Below are positions 35,107 through 44,816 of a stretch of 44,916 bases of DNA, one piece after another. The stretch is from Gammaproteobacteria bacterium. GTDB lineage: Bacteria; Pseudomonadota; Gammaproteobacteria; Beggiatoales; Beggiatoaceae. The stretch lies in NCBI GenBank assembly GCA_030632725.1, contig DAOVUF010000001.1, positions 1 to 44,916 of the forward strand. The letters are read 5' to 3'. The position numbers and the translations under genes are program-made. Positions within the stretch are counted from its first letter, which is position 1, and each line of letters starts with the position of its first letter. The notes beneath the pieces are model-generated. The model worked only from the letters and a program-made list of their open reading frames with translations. It was not told where the DNA came from and made no database searches.

Positions 35107-35232
35107 CTACTCGGCTTTTTCTCTTTTTCTTGCGCCAGATGCCAAGAAGTAATCTGCTACTTCATTTGACGAAATACGAAACCATTCTTTCGGTTCGATA
35201 TCAAGTTTTTGGGAAAAAATCACTTTCATCAT
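35107..35232 (-). CDS. 41-codon ORF with its own promoter/operator, probably the 5' fragment of a gene truncated by repeat DNA
   Basis: MMKVIFSQKLDIEPKEWFRISSNEVADYFLASGARKREKAE*. The stop lies at the junction with the family C2 cluster. Below the track length cut-off. Function unknown. Confidence 0.35.
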   Translation of the reverse strand: MMKVIFSQKLDIEPKEWFRISSNEVADYFLASGARKREKAE

Positions 35233-35264
35233 GGGTATTAATGCCTCAATTAGAATGACATAGT

Positions 35265-35293
35265 ATTGTAAATACTATTTTTTGTTAAGTCAA
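35265..35293 (-). promoter_or_regulatory. Sigma70-like promoter with an overlapping palindrome
   Basis: On the minus strand: TTGACT (35293-35288), 17 nt, TACAAT (35270-35265). The inverted repeat ATAGTAT-n5-ATACTAT spans the -10. Confidence 0.45.
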
Positions 35294-35388
35294 TTCCATA
35301 AATAAAGCGAATATGGCAAAGATTTTGGGATCGAAATGCCGTTGCACCAAAAAGACGTTGCCCACCCTACATTACTAAAACTAAAACC

Positions 35389-36240
35389 TCAGAGGTTTTG
35401 CTCCAACCGATTTATCCAATCTTTGTCTTGTTGATTTCGTAGCAATTGTTTTTCCCGTGCGGCTTCAACCAGTTTTTGCGACGGTTTCCAGGATTCTCCA
35501 CAAAATGTGATGAAATCGACGAAAAGTGCTTTTTTGGGCAACAAGGGTTCTCCAACTTGAGGTTGCCCAACCGCTAATTCGTATTTTGATAATAAGCGTA
35601 TATATTCTCTGCGTTTTTCGACCGGTATGATAATGGGTGGAAAACCAGAATTGATAACCGGGAAGTTAGCCACTAATCTTGCAATACGTCCATTACCATC
35701 AAAAAAGGGGTGAATTCTAACGAAAGAGAGATGAATTTCAGTATAAGCGGTTAATGCCTGATTGCGATCTAATTTATCTCTGGAAAAACGATTAATCATT
35801 TCAAACCAATTGTCCATCAAAGCGGGTACGGCATTGGGGGCGGCATATTCTAAAAAGTTCTGTTGTTGATCGTCTGTTATCACTGTCGTTCCATTTGGCT
35901 CAACTTTCCAATTCCCAACGGGTTTATAGATATCGGTGATTCGTTCTGTTTGAACGGCTTTGTGTAAAGCAAATAAATCTGCTTTTGTGAAATCACTCTC
36001 ACGCGCAATATAACGCCAGATGAGTTCAATCGCACTGGCATGTCCAACCACTTCCTCATGATCTTTCAGTGGTTTGCCGGAAACCGTTAAACCTTCCTCA
36101 ATAACAAAAGCCGTTTCACCCAGAGAGAGTGTATTACCTTCAATCGCCGTTGAGGTATGCGTCCAAAGATTGCGTAGTTGTTTTATTAATGATTGCTTTA
36201 AGTCCTCATCAATATGAGGCAATAAATCCAAGTTTTTCAT
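35389..36240 (-). CDS. fic: Class II Fic-domain protein (AMPylase-type)
   Basis: Fic motif HPFFDGNGRIARL. N-terminal inhibitory-helix motif STAIEGN ([ST]xxxE[GN]). True start MKNLDLLPH at 36240. The 50 codons added by the track are translated family A repeats. Confidence 0.88.
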   Translation of the reverse strand: MKNLDLLPHIDEDLKQSLIKQLRNLWTHTSTAIEGNTLSLGETAFVIEEGLTVSGKPLKDHEEVVGHASAIELIWRYIARESDFTKADLFALHKAVQTERITDIYKPVGNWKVEPNGTTVITDDQQQNFLEYAAPNAVPALMDNWFEMINRFSRDKLDRNQALTAYTEIHLSFVRIHPFFDGNGRIARLVANFPVINSGFPPIIIPVEKRREYIRLLSKYELAVGQPQVGEPLLPKKALFVDFITFCGESWKPSQKLVEAAREKQLLRNQQDKDWINRLEQNL

Positions 36241-36249
36241 TTTAATCTC

Positions 36250-36446
36250 CCAAAGCTGAAGCGTTGGACTCCATTTCTCCAAAGCTGAAGCGTTGGACTC
36301 CATTTCTCCAAAGCTGAAGCGTTGGACTCCATTTCCCCAAAGCTGAAGCGTTGGATTCCATTTCTCCAAAGCTGAAGCGTTGGACTCCATTTCTCCAAAG
36401 CTGAAGCGTTGGACTCCATTTCTCCAAAGCTGAAGCGTTGGACTCC
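36250..36446. repeat. Seven tandem 29-bp units (family A 23-mer + ATTTCT) abutting the fic start codon
   Basis: ccaaagctgaagcgttggactcc atttct x7, plus a degenerate 8th copy to about 36475. Confidence 0.95.
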
Positions 36447-36494
36447 AAAAACGTTCAAAGCGAAAGCGTTGGAGGGAAAAATCCGTTCATTCCG

Positions 36495-38309
36495 TTAATC
36501 CGTTGTACTCCGATATGAATGCCCCTGCTTGCCATACAATTTAGCATATAACCCATTTTCACGAATTAAACTCTCATGGTGTCCTTCTTCAATAATTCGC
36601 CCTTCATCAAAAACAAAAACGCGATCAGCTTGTTTAACCGCGCTCAGGCGGTGTGCAATGATGATGGTTGTTTTTTCTTTAAGAAAATCATTGAGTGCCA
36701 TAAGAAGTTTGCCCTCTGTTTCCGTATCAAGGGCGGAGGTGGCTTCATCTAAAATCACCACTTTGGGATTAGCTAATATCATTCGTGCCACAGCCACTCG
36801 TTGGCGTTGCCCCCCAGATAGACGCACACCATGTTGCCCTAACATCGTGTCCAAGCCATTTTCCATCTTCTTGACTACTTCGCTTAATTGTGCTATGTCG
36901 AGGGCGTGCCATAGTTGTTCATCAGTTAAATCGCGCCCTAAAGTTAAATTCAAACGGAGCGTATCGTTAAAGAGGGCGGGATGTTGTAATACCGTCACGA
37001 CATTTTCGCGCACTACATCCATGCCAATTTCAGTCATTGGCACATTGTCAAAATAAACATTGCCCGATTGAGGCGCGTATAAGCCTAATAGGACTTGTAC
37101 TAATGTTGTTTTACCGCCGCCGCTGGCACCGACAAAGGCGACTTTTTCACCCCTTTTAATTTCCAATGAAATATGATTGAGTACCCAATCTTCTTGATTA
37201 TAAGAAAACCGGATATTATCCAGATGGACAGAAGTCGTTAATTGATTTTTAAAGGGATTTGATTTATGAGGATAATTGGGTTCCTTTGAGAGGGTAAAAA
37301 GTTTATTGACACGCTGCAAAGCCGCTTTTGCACTGTGATAGCTATATTGAATGCCGATAATTTCTTGCATAGGCATCATCATAAACCAAAGATAACCAAA
37401 CACCGCAAACATTTGCCCTATCGTCAAGTCAGAAAAAACGACCATTAACATGCTAACGGCTCGAAAAATTTCAAAACCGAGAAGAAAGAGGTGGAAAGAG
37501 AAACGCCCTGCTGCTTCGCTTTTCCATGCGTAGGTAATGGCATAATTCTTAATCTTCTCAGCACTTTTAATCACTTTGCCTAAATAATATTGTTCACGAT
37601 TATAGGCTCGGATTTGTTGGATTGCTTCTAAGGTTTCACTCAAAGTTTGTTGAAAGACTCCATAAGCTTCATTTTCTTTTCTTTTAAATTCCTTGACTTT
37701 TCTACCTAATAAAATGGTAATATAGATGACGATTGGGTTGAGAAAGAAGATAAATAATGCCAATTGCCAGTGCATCCACAGTAATACCACAGCGGAGCCG
37801 ATAATACTCAAAGTCGCAATTAAAAAACGACCGATACTCACACCGATAAATTCATCCAATGTATCTAAATCGGTGACAAAATGGGAAATGACTTGTCCAC
37901 TGCCCAACGTTTCATATTCTGCCATCGAAACGCGCTGAAGGCGGCTAACCAAGTCTTTGCGAATACGATACACGACATCTTTAGCAATAATGGTCAATTG
38001 ACGCATTTGCCAAACACCAAGAATCAAACTGATAAAACGCAAAAACAGGACGAGTAGTGTGATGCTTGTGATCGTTAAAATGGGACCATGCCAATTGAGG
38101 GGAAAAAGCCAATTGACGGTGCTCACTAAAAATGCCGGTTGATTAAGTAAGACTTCATCCACTAATAGCGGCATGAGCAATGGAACGGGTACACTTAATA
38201 GGGTGGCTAATATGGCAATAACATGGGCTAAAATAATTTGTCGCTTGTGGTGCAAGGCAATATTGAGAATTTCAGCCCAACGGTAACTCGGATTAGGTTC
38301 ATTTTTCAC
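36495..38309 (-). CDS. ABC exporter, fused permease/ATPase (MsbA/multidrug-type)
   Basis: Six-TM N-terminal half, Walker A GASGGGKTT, signature LSGGQRQRVAVAR, Walker B VVILDEATSALD. Confidence 0.88.
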   Translation of the reverse strand: MKNEPNPSYRWAEILNIALHHKRQIILAHVIAILATLLSVPVPLLMPLLVDEVLLNQPAFLVSTVNWLFPLNWHGPILTITSITLLVLFLRFISLILGVWQMRQLTIIAKDVVYRIRKDLVSRLQRVSMAEYETLGSGQVISHFVTDLDTLDEFIGVSIGRFLIATLSIIGSAVVLLWMHWQLALFIFFLNPIVIYITILLGRKVKEFKRKENEAYGVFQQTLSETLEAIQQIRAYNREQYYLGKVIKSAEKIKNYAITYAWKSEAAGRFSFHLFLLGFEIFRAVSMLMVVFSDLTIGQMFAVFGYLWFMMMPMQEIIGIQYSYHSAKAALQRVNKLFTLSKEPNYPHKSNPFKNQLTTSVHLDNIRFSYNQEDWVLNHISLEIKRGEKVAFVGASGGGKTTLVQVLLGLYAPQSGNVYFDNVPMTEIGMDVVRENVVTVLQHPALFNDTLRLNLTLGRDLTDEQLWHALDIAQLSEVVKKMENGLDTMLGQHGVRLSGGQRQRVAVARMILANPKVVILDEATSALDTETEGKLLMALNDFLKEKTTIIIAHRLSAVKQADRVFVFDEGRIIEEGHHESLIRENGLYAKLYGKQGHSYRSTTD

Positions 38310-38349
38310 TTCTTTTATTCACCGTTTTTTGTTGTCTCCTGCTGGTTGT

Positions 38350-38485
38350 GTTAAAGAGGTAATGGTATAAACCTGACAGGTTTTTGAAACCTGTCAGGTT
38401 TTTTCTTTAAACAGGTAATGGTATAAACCTGTCAGGTTTTTGAAACCTGTCAGGTTTTTTCTTTAAACAGGTAATGGTTTTTTCT
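38350..38485. repeat. About 2.3 copies of a 56-bp tandem unit, each with a 15-bp-stem hairpin (AAACCTGACAGGTTT TTG AAACCTGTCAGGTTT TTTT)
   Basis: The aggtaatggtataaacc anchors at 38357 and 38413 give a 56-bp period, with a third partial copy at 38469. The hairpin plus T-run looks terminator-like. Confidence 0.8.
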
Positions 38486-38496
38486 TCCAGATGAGA

Positions 38497-39576
38497 TTAA
38501 AGCAATGCCACCGTTTTTACCCTCGCATATAAAGTAATGCCGGGTTGTAAATCTAATAACACGCCTGATTTTTTGGTGATTCGTGCCAATAGTAATGCGC
38601 CGCCAATATCCAGTTTAATCATTAATTGCCCTGGTAATTCTTCCATCATTTCTAATACGGTTGCTTGAAAAATATTCAGAATACTGGAATGGACTTCATT
38701 TTCTAAAGCTAAACTGACATCGCGTGCATTTAAGACGACGCGCACCATCGCACCCAATGGTAAATCTTCACGGCGTAAAGTCAAACGTCCTCCGCTAAAT
38801 GCTAAGTAGGTGAGATGAAATTCTTCATCATGTTCAACGACTTTGGCTTCTATGATAACGCCAGCTTCAGAAGCGTGTGAAATGGGTAAGTCTAGCCGAG
38901 TTAATAAGTCTAATAATGCGCCATTCCCAATGAGTTTACCCTTTTCAATAAGAAGAATGTTATCGGCGAGGCGCATGACTTCTTCCATTGCATGGGTGAT
39001 GTATAAAATGGGAATGGATAATTCTTTATGTAGCCTTTCTAAATAGGGAAATATGTCGGTTTTACTCTTGCTGTCAAGGGCAGCGAGGGGTTCATCCATT
39101 AATAACAATTTTGGGCTAGTGAGTAGGGCGCGGGCAATGGCAACGCGCTGTCGTTCTCCGCCCGATAGACGTTCTGGGCGACGGGTCAGTAATGGGGCAA
39201 CGCCTAATAATTCAATGGTTTCATCAAAAGCCACTTTACGCTGTTTATGCGGTGTGCGACGAAAACCATATTCGAGATTTTTTTGTACGGTTAAGTGGGC
39301 AAATAAACTGGCTTCTTGAAAAACATAACCGAGTGGGCGTTGGTGGGTGGGTAAAAAAAAGTGGCGTGATTCGTCTTGCCAACAGGTTCCATTGATTTCT
39401 AAAAAACCGGGCTTCGCACGTTCTAAACCCGCGATACAACGTAATAATGTCGTTTTACCGGAGCCAGAACTGCCAAAAACGGCAGTTATTCCGCATCCTG
39501 GTGTGTGAAAATCGACTTCTAAGGTAAAATCGCCTTGTTGTAATTGAAAGCGTCCATGTAATTCAGAGAGGTTCAT
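38497..39576 (-). CDS. modC: Molybdate ABC transporter ATP-binding protein ModC
   Basis: [38 protein letters not shown], and a C-terminal TOBE/Mop-like domain. 4-nt overlap with modB. Confidence 0.88.
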   Translation of the reverse strand: MNLSELHGRFQLQQGDFTLEVDFHTPGCGITAVFGSSGSGKTTLLRCIAGLERAKPGFLEINGTCWQDESRHFFLPTHQRPLGYVFQEASLFAHLTVQKNLEYGFRRTPHKQRKVAFDETIELLGVAPLLTRRPERLSGGERQRVAIARALLTSPKLLLMDEPLAALDSKSKTDIFPYLERLHKELSIPILYITHAMEEVMRLADNILLIEKGKLIGNGALLDLLTRLDLPISHASEAGVIIEAKVVEHDEEFHLTYLAFSGGRLTLRREDLPLGAMVRVVLNARDVSLALENEVHSSILNIFQATVLEMMEELPGQLMIKLDIGGALLLARITKKSGVLLDLQPGITLYARVKTVALL

Positions 39577-40256
39577 TTATAAAGACGTTTATTAATTGTA
39601 TAAAGTATGACTAAAATAACGAATGAAAACAACAGCATACCGCCAGATAGAATATGTGCTTCATGAAATTCACCCATTTCGACATGTTCATAAATGGCAA
39701 TTGAGAGTACTTGTGTTTTTCCGGGTATGCTACCGCCTATCATTAATACGACTCCAAATTCTCCTACCGTATGTGCAAAAGTGAGGATAGTCGCTGTTAA
39801 GAAACCGGGACGTGCTAATGGAACGACTACAGTCAAGAAACGGTCTAATGGACTTGCCCGCAATGTGGCGGCGACTTCTAAGGGCCGTTGTCCCATTGCG
39901 GTAAAGGCGTTTTGTAAAGGATGTACCGCAAAAGGGAGGGAGTAAATGACTGAGCCAATGACAAGCCCTGTAAAAGTAAATACGAACTGTCCGCCCGTCA
40001 GTGATTGCCACAGACGACCGATTGTTCCTTGTTGTCCCAAAGTAACTAATAAGTAAAAACCTAATACGGTAGGGGGCAATACTAAGGGCAAGGAGACGAT
40101 AGCTTCAATAATACTTTTACACCAACATTTAGTCTGTGCTAACCACCACGCCAATGGTGTGGCGAGCAATAAGAGGGTAAGCGTTGTGATGGTGGCTAGA
40201 CGTAGTGTAATCCAAACGGGAGACCAGTTAATTGCTGTTTCAAACATTTTTTTCAA
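39573..40256 (-). CDS. modB: Molybdate ABC transporter permease ModB
   Basis: 227 aa (E. coli ModB is 229), CysTW/ModB-type permease, coupled to modC. Confidence 0.85.
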   Translation of the reverse strand: MKKMFETAINWSPVWITLRLATITTLTLLLLATPLAWWLAQTKCWCKSIIEAIVSLPLVLPPTVLGFYLLVTLGQQGTIGRLWQSLTGGQFVFTFTGLVIGSVIYSLPFAVHPLQNAFTAMGQRPLEVAATLRASPLDRFLTVVVPLARPGFLTATILTFAHTVGEFGVVLMIGGSIPGKTQVLSIAIYEHVEMGEFHEAHILSGGMLLFSFVILVILYTINKRLYK

Positions 40257-40343
40257 CTGAAATCAAATCGGTGAAAATGTTAAAATGATTAGCGATTAGA
40301 ATGAGAAGGTGGGTTTCGTACCTCTACCCACCCTACGTTCACT

Positions 40344-41171
40344 TTACGTGAGTTTAAATACTTTGGAAACGGGTAGGGCTTGGAAGAATTGTAAGACGCT
40401 TTCTTCGAGGTTCAAGTTTTTCGGAAAAAAACTTGAACCTCGAAACCATTTTATAGTACGGACTGGGGTACCAGAGTTATGCTTTTTGCTGGTATCTTGG
40501 TATTGGCCGTGTTTAAGACCTTCTTCTGTTAGTTGATAGTAAAGGCGTTTTTTGTTATCACGGTGTTTGGTTTGTAAACCAAATTCGATTAATTTGACAT
40601 TAACAGGCCGAGCATTTTTGAAATCAACTCGTTTGGCTATTTCTGTGGGGATTAGTAAGGCTTTTTGGATTTCGGCAACGGTGGATTCGATGCCGAATAA
40701 TTGCAACATATCGCAACCAAATTGTTGTTTTATGGAGTTGTTGATGGCGATTTTTTTGGCATTACCAACGAGACCAAGTTGGTCTAATTCGTCTGCTTTG
40801 GCTTGGGCGAATGTGGCAATTTCTTGTTTGGGGTCCAGTGATACTGAGCCTGTGGTTAGGAGTTCATAGATCCATTCGCTTACCATGACAGCGAAGTTGG
40901 GTTCACACCAAATAGCTAAATGAATAGCCACTTTTGGATGTATCCAAGTTCCACCATAACGCCCTGATTTTACTTCGATAATTTTAATTATGGGAATTCC
41001 CATAGTTAAACTATAAGTCTCAAGATATTCTTGAGTGGTTTTAAGACGCTTGTAATCGGCAAACAGTTTACCAACAGCTTGACACATATCTGTCGCGTTC
41101 AAATATCCATCACTAGAACGTTGACGAATTTTAGCACCGTGAAAATCACGGCTTATTAATTGAGTGGTCAT
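40344..41171 (-). CDS. KilA-N domain protein (phage/antirepressor-like); the C-terminus reads through a 39-nt family D element
   Basis: KilA-N: FHGAKIRQRSSDGYLNATDMCQAVGKLFADYKRLKTTQEYLE...GTWIHPKVAIHLAIW. Residues RGSSFFPKNLNLE are encoded by tcgaggttcaagtttttcggaaaaaaacttgaacctcga (40405-40443, 13 codons, in frame). Confidence 0.8.
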   Translation of the reverse strand: MTTQLISRDFHGAKIRQRSSDGYLNATDMCQAVGKLFADYKRLKTTQEYLETYSLTMGIPIIKIIEVKSGRYGGTWIHPKVAIHLAIWCEPNFAVMVSEWIYELLTTGSVSLDPKQEIATFAQAKADELDQLGLVGNAKKIAINNSIKQQFGCDMLQLFGIESTVAEIQKALLIPTEIAKRVDFKNARPVNVKLIEFGLQTKHRDNKKRLYYQLTEEGLKHGQYQDTSKKHNSGTPVRTIKWFRGSSFFPKNLNLEESVLQFFQALPVSKVFKLT

Positions 41172-41277
41172 TTTGATATTCCATAGCAGTTATAGAATTT
41201 TTAATAGCGTCGGGTAGAGCGAAATTCAATTATTTGCATATTAGTTTTCTACAGTGAGTAAAATGGATGTTAGTGTT

Positions 41278-41569
41278 TAAGAAAAAATAACTTTCGCCTC
41301 GAATACAAATACGTTGAGAGTTGGAGGTTTAAGTTTTTTGAAGAAAAACTTAAACCTCGAAACCAAGTTTTTAACTACTCAGAGCAACCATAAAGGATTC
41401 GAGGTTAAAGTTTTTTTAAAGAAAAAACTTTAACCTCGAATGCCCCTACAACATTTCAGCCTAAAGTTTTTTGAAGAAAAACTTTAGGCTGAAATATTCT
41501 TATGTAGGGGCAATCCCTTGTGGTTGCCTGATGTAGGGGCAATCCCTTGTGGTTGCCCTGAGTCGTTAC
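41278..41569. mobile_element. Nested pile of family D hairpins and a family B MITE
   Basis: Half D at about 41278. D at 41324-41361. B from 41373 to 41569 (right arm duplicated). Its left TIR aaaggat|tgcccctac is split by a D element (41399-41439), and its loop by a D-like hairpin (41453-41494). Confidence 0.85.
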
Positions 41570-41597
41570 AATAAAATACCTGCTCATGCTTCTGTAC

Positions 41598-42266
41598 TTA
41601 TTCGCGTCGATAAAGCAAGTCCCTTATGTCATGCCCTAAGCGTCGCCCTCGCTGCTCAAATTTGGTTAATGGACGCGCCGAAGGGCGTGGGGCAAATTTC
41701 CCTTCTTTGACGCAATTAATAAACTCAGGGGCTGCTTCTAAAACCTGTAACATTTGTTCTGCATAGTTTTGCCAATCTGTCGCTAAATGGAAACAGCCGC
41801 CTGATTTTATGCGTGTCGCAATTAATTGGACAAATTCAGGTTGCACCAGCCGCCGTTTGTGGTGATGTCTTTTAGGCCAAGGGTCGGGAAAAAATAAGTA
41901 GATTGCATCTAAACAATGTTCCGGTAAACGATATTGTAAAACATCTACTGCATCAGCACATAGTACCCGTACATTAGTCAATTGAGCGGCTTTGATTTCT
42001 TTCAACAAATGATTCGTACCAGGACGGTAAACATCAATGCCTAAATAATCATGTTCAGGATGTGTTTTTGCCATCGTTACGAGGGCATCACCTCGCCCAA
42101 AACCGATTTCCATCTTTTTTTTGGCTTCTCGCCCAAATAGGGCGTTTAAATCTAGTACTTCCTGATCATTTTCTACACCAAAAAGGGGCCATAAGGTATC
42201 AAGGACGTGTTGTTGTGCTGGTGTGAGACATCTGCAACGGCGGACAAAACTACGAATGTGTGTCAT
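41598..42266 (-). CDS. trmB: tRNA (guanine46-N7)-methyltransferase
   Basis: EIGFGRGD and FFPDPWPKRHHHKRRLVQPEF are classic TrmB. 222 aa. Confidence 0.92.
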   Translation of the reverse strand: MTHIRSFVRRCRCLTPAQQHVLDTLWPLFGVENDQEVLDLNALFGREAKKKMEIGFGRGDALVTMAKTHPEHDYLGIDVYRPGTNHLLKEIKAAQLTNVRVLCADAVDVLQYRLPEHCLDAIYLFFPDPWPKRHHHKRRLVQPEFVQLIATRIKSGGCFHLATDWQNYAEQMLQVLEAAPEFINCVKEGKFAPRPSARPLTKFEQRGRRLGHDIRDLLYRRE

Positions 42267-42343
42267 AAGTCGAAATTAAAAAACGGGGTTAATTATGCGA
42301 ATTGTTTAATTAACTTGTTTTAAATCAAATGGTTAAAATAGTA

Positions 42344-42412
42344 GTAGGGTGGGTAGGAACGAAGTGGCACCAAAAAAAATGGTGGGTTTCGCGGACGCGA
42401 AACCCACCCTAC
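42344..42412. repeat. Family C palindromic element
   Basis: gtagggtgggtaggaacgaagtggcacc...ggtgggtttcgcggacgcgaaacccaccctac. Confidence 0.9.
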
Positions 42413-42439
42413 GTTCTTTAGACTCCAAAATGTCATTTC

Positions 42440-43033
42440 TTATTTTATGGTAATGACAATGTTTTCAATATCATCAAAACAATTGATTTTCCACAATTTA
42501 ACCAATTGGTTATTGGACATATAACTGTACATTATTTCATGTATGTCAAGTAACTGTTTGACTCTAGCGCGTATCCACAGTTTTTTGAAATACTTAACAT
42601 CATTCTCATCATGTAACCATAACACCGCAGTATGTCCCTGTAATACGATATTCAACGCCCTACGCAACCTTGCTCCCATGGATTGTGGAAGACGTAATTC
42701 AGTTAATTGTGTCAAACAGATCAGCGAAAGGGTTTCTAAATGAATCGCCTTATCAACGGGTTCATCTATCAAGCCTTTGAAAATATATACTTTTTTAAAA
42801 TGCAGACATAACAATTGATACAATCTTTGTTCTGGCATCAAATCGAATCGAAGCATTTGATAATCCTGAATCGTACTGATGATAATCGTCAATTCTCGCA
42901 GTTCAGCATTTATATGTAACTTCAATCTTTTTAATTTCAGAAAAGCCAATGTTTTGAAAGAAAAAGTGTCGCTATCTGCACAAAATTCATTGAGCAGATG
43001 AATACTATTTTGTAGAATCCACCTTGTATTCAT
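42440..43033 (-). CDS. Hypothetical ~197-aa protein wedged between thiG and trmB
   Basis: Long ORF, no recognisable motif. Start probably MNTRWILQ (43033). The track start (43066) would overlap thiG by 17 nt. Confidence 0.5.
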   Translation of the reverse strand: MNTRWILQNSIHLLNEFCADSDTFSFKTLAFLKLKRLKLHINAELRELTIIISTIQDYQMLRFDLMPEQRLYQLLCLHFKKVYIFKGLIDEPVDKAIHLETLSLICLTQLTELRLPQSMGARLRRALNIVLQGHTAVLWLHDENDVKYFKKLWIRARVKQLLDIHEIMYSYMSNNQLVKLWKINCFDDIENIVITIK

Positions 43034-43049
43034 ATCGCTGAATAATCTA

Positions 43050-43847
43050 TTAAAAAAACAAACCATTTAATGGTGAGGAGGCACTTCCATAACGTTTACG
43101 TGACATGCGCCCCGCAAGGTAGGCTTCACGCCCCGCTTCAATGGCTTTTTTCATCGCAGACGCCATCAAAATGGGCTGTTTTGCCGCCGCAATTGCGGTA
43201 TTCATTAATACCCCATCACAGCCTAATTCCATCGCAACCGCAGCATCTGAAGCGGTACCAACACCCGCATCAACTAAAATAGGTACATGAGCGTTTTCAA
43301 TAATGTTGACGATATTAAAAGGATTACGGATTCCTAATCCTGAACCTATCGGGGCTGCCAATGGCATTACCGCGACACATCCTAATTCTTCAAAACGCTT
43401 TGCTTGGATGGGATCATCATTGGTATAGACCATTATCTGAAAACCGTCTTTAATTAAAATTTCCGCGGCTTCCAAAGTGGCTGGCATATCAGGAAATAGG
43501 GTTTTTTCATCCCCTAAAACCTCCAATTTGACTAAATTCTGTCCATTCAGCAGTTCTCGTGCCAATCGACAGGTACGCACTGCATCTGCAGCTGTATAGC
43601 ATCCCGCCGTATTAGGCAAAATGGTGTATTTATCAGGAGAAATGACATCCAACAAGTTGGGTTGATCGGGGTCTTGACCAATATTTGTCCGTCGAATAGC
43701 TACAGTGACTATTTCTGCACCACTTGTTTCAATAGCTTGGCGGGTTTCTTCTAAATCTCTATATTTGCCTGTTCCCACAAGCAAGCGTGAAGTGTAATTT
43801 TTACCTGCAATCGTTAAAGGTTTATCCGTAAATTGACGTTCAGACAT
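43050..43847 (-). CDS. thiG: Thiazole synthase ThiG
   Basis: [40 protein letters not shown], and [14 protein letters not shown] are classic ThiG. 265 aa. Confidence 0.93.
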   Translation of the reverse strand: MSERQFTDKPLTIAGKNYTSRLLVGTGKYRDLEETRQAIETSGAEIVTVAIRRTNIGQDPDQPNLLDVISPDKYTILPNTAGCYTAADAVRTCRLARELLNGQNLVKLEVLGDEKTLFPDMPATLEAAEILIKDGFQIMVYTNDDPIQAKRFEELGCVAVMPLAAPIGSGLGIRNPFNIVNIIENAHVPILVDAGVGTASDAAVAMELGCDGVLMNTAIAAAKQPILMASAMKKAIEAGREAYLAGRMSRKRYGSASSPLNGLFF

Positions 43848-43993
43848 ATTGCACCTATCGTAGGGTTAAGTTTAAAATTGAGATGAATTCGAGCTTAAAG
43901 AAACCTTTAGGCGAGAATACCGTTTTTTTCATTCTGATGATGTAAAATATTTTACCAGTTATCTATATTCTTGAAAATTGTAAATGGTGAACT

Positions 43994-44653
43994 ATGCGTC
44001 AATATTTAAAAAGTAGTTTGGAATTTTTTAGCATTTTCTTAGCCTTGTTCATTTCTTATCATGAACTCAAAGAAGTCATACCTTCTGATCCAATTATTAT
44101 ATTGGAAATTGAAAAAATTAAAACGCCCCATGATATGCCGGCGTATTTGCTCACTGGGGCTATTTCCGATCAGGATTATTTGCTAGAATCGGTTAGATTA
44201 ACGCCCTATTCAGAAAATATTGTCAAGCGAGCAACGTTTAAGTATGAACACTATACTAAAGAGGTTAGCTTAAAAGAAATCAAAAGTGCCAAGCCATACA
44301 CCTATCTTGTTTCAAGAGAACTTTTGCAAAAAAAATATGGTGAGGATAACAGTTTTTCTTTTGAATTTTTAGATGAAGAACGTTTTACTTTCTACTTTCA
44401 ATTTGAAGGCGTAGAAACTGATAAAACGAAATTTGAATGTCGGGTGCGATCCGTTGATCACAAAAACATCCCTTGTGAAGTGAGAGAAGTGGGTTATTTG
44501 TCATTATTTCGAGGAATACCCTGGTATTTCTTAGCGGTTTTGGTAGGTATTTTACTCATTGTCATTATTGAAGTGATTGATATATTCTTCAAACGAGGAG
44601 GTAAAAAAACTCGTCGCTCCAAAAAAAATAAATTGATTCCTGATCAAGACTAA
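43994..44653 (+). CDS. Hypothetical bitopic/double-TM protein with a basic C-terminal tail
   Basis: N-terminal TM FFSIFLALFISY, C-terminal TM WYFLAVLVGILLIVIIEVIDIFF, then KRGGKKTRRSKKNK. No homologue recognised. Confidence 0.5.
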   Translation: MRQYLKSSLEFFSIFLALFISYHELKEVIPSDPIIILEIEKIKTPHDMPAYLLTGAISDQDYLLESVRLTPYSENIVKRATFKYEHYTKEVSLKEIKSAKPYTYLVSRELLQKKYGEDNSFSFEFLDEERFTFYFQFEGVETDKTKFECRVRSVDHKNIPCEVREVGYLSLFRGIPWYFLAVLVGILLIVIIEVIDIFFKRGGKKTRRSKKNKLIPDQD

Positions 44654-44688
44654 GCGCATTGTTAATGCGAATTAAGAGTTGAAAATTT

Positions 44689-44816
44689 GGAGTCCAACGC
44701 TTTTGGCGGTTTTTTGGAGTCCAACGCTTTAGTTATGTAGGGTGGGTAGAGCGAGAGCGAAACCCACCATTTTTCAATGGAACGGTGGGTTTCCACTTCG
44801 TTCCTACCCACCCTAC
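44689..44816. repeat. Family A x2 followed by a family C element
   Basis: ggagtccaacgcttttgg...ggagtccaacgctttag; gtagggtgggtagagcgagagcgaaacccacc...ggtgggtttccacttcgttcctacccaccctac. Confidence 0.9.

Noticed and set aside
35389-36390. Long N-terminal extensions proposed by the track for fic (to 36390), lptF (to 23204), capD-like (to 4028), the ATPase (to 6215) and the 184-aa protein (to 4788)
   Set aside because: The extensions begin at TTG or other alternative codons and run through repeats or lack an SD. Internal ATG/TTG codons with good SDs match the N-termini of known homologues.
36250-36446. Possible CRISPR array (regular 29-bp periodicity)
   Set aside because: The 'spacers' are a constant 6 nt (ATTTCT), so this is a plain tandem repeat of the dispersed family A unit. 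No cas genes are present.
36237-36458. Track ORFs made of ESNASALEKW / PTLQLW / VQRFSFG peptides (36237..36458, 36242..36448). The same kind occurs at 24898..25086, 18320..18565, 18496..18753, 29583..29810, 29668..29862, 29702..29902, 4004..4201, 11223..11438, 33937..34395, 6593..6841 and 34571..34849.
   Set aside because: They are translations of dispersed repeat families (A, B, C, D, E), or the antisense of higB. The same peptides appear wherever the repeat occurs, in both orientations.
43848-43993. TPP (THI-box) riboswitch upstream of thiG
   Set aside because: The CTGAGA / ACCTGATCTGGATAATGCCAGCG-type conserved elements are absent on the thiG strand. The region looks like an ordinary AT-rich divergent promoter region.
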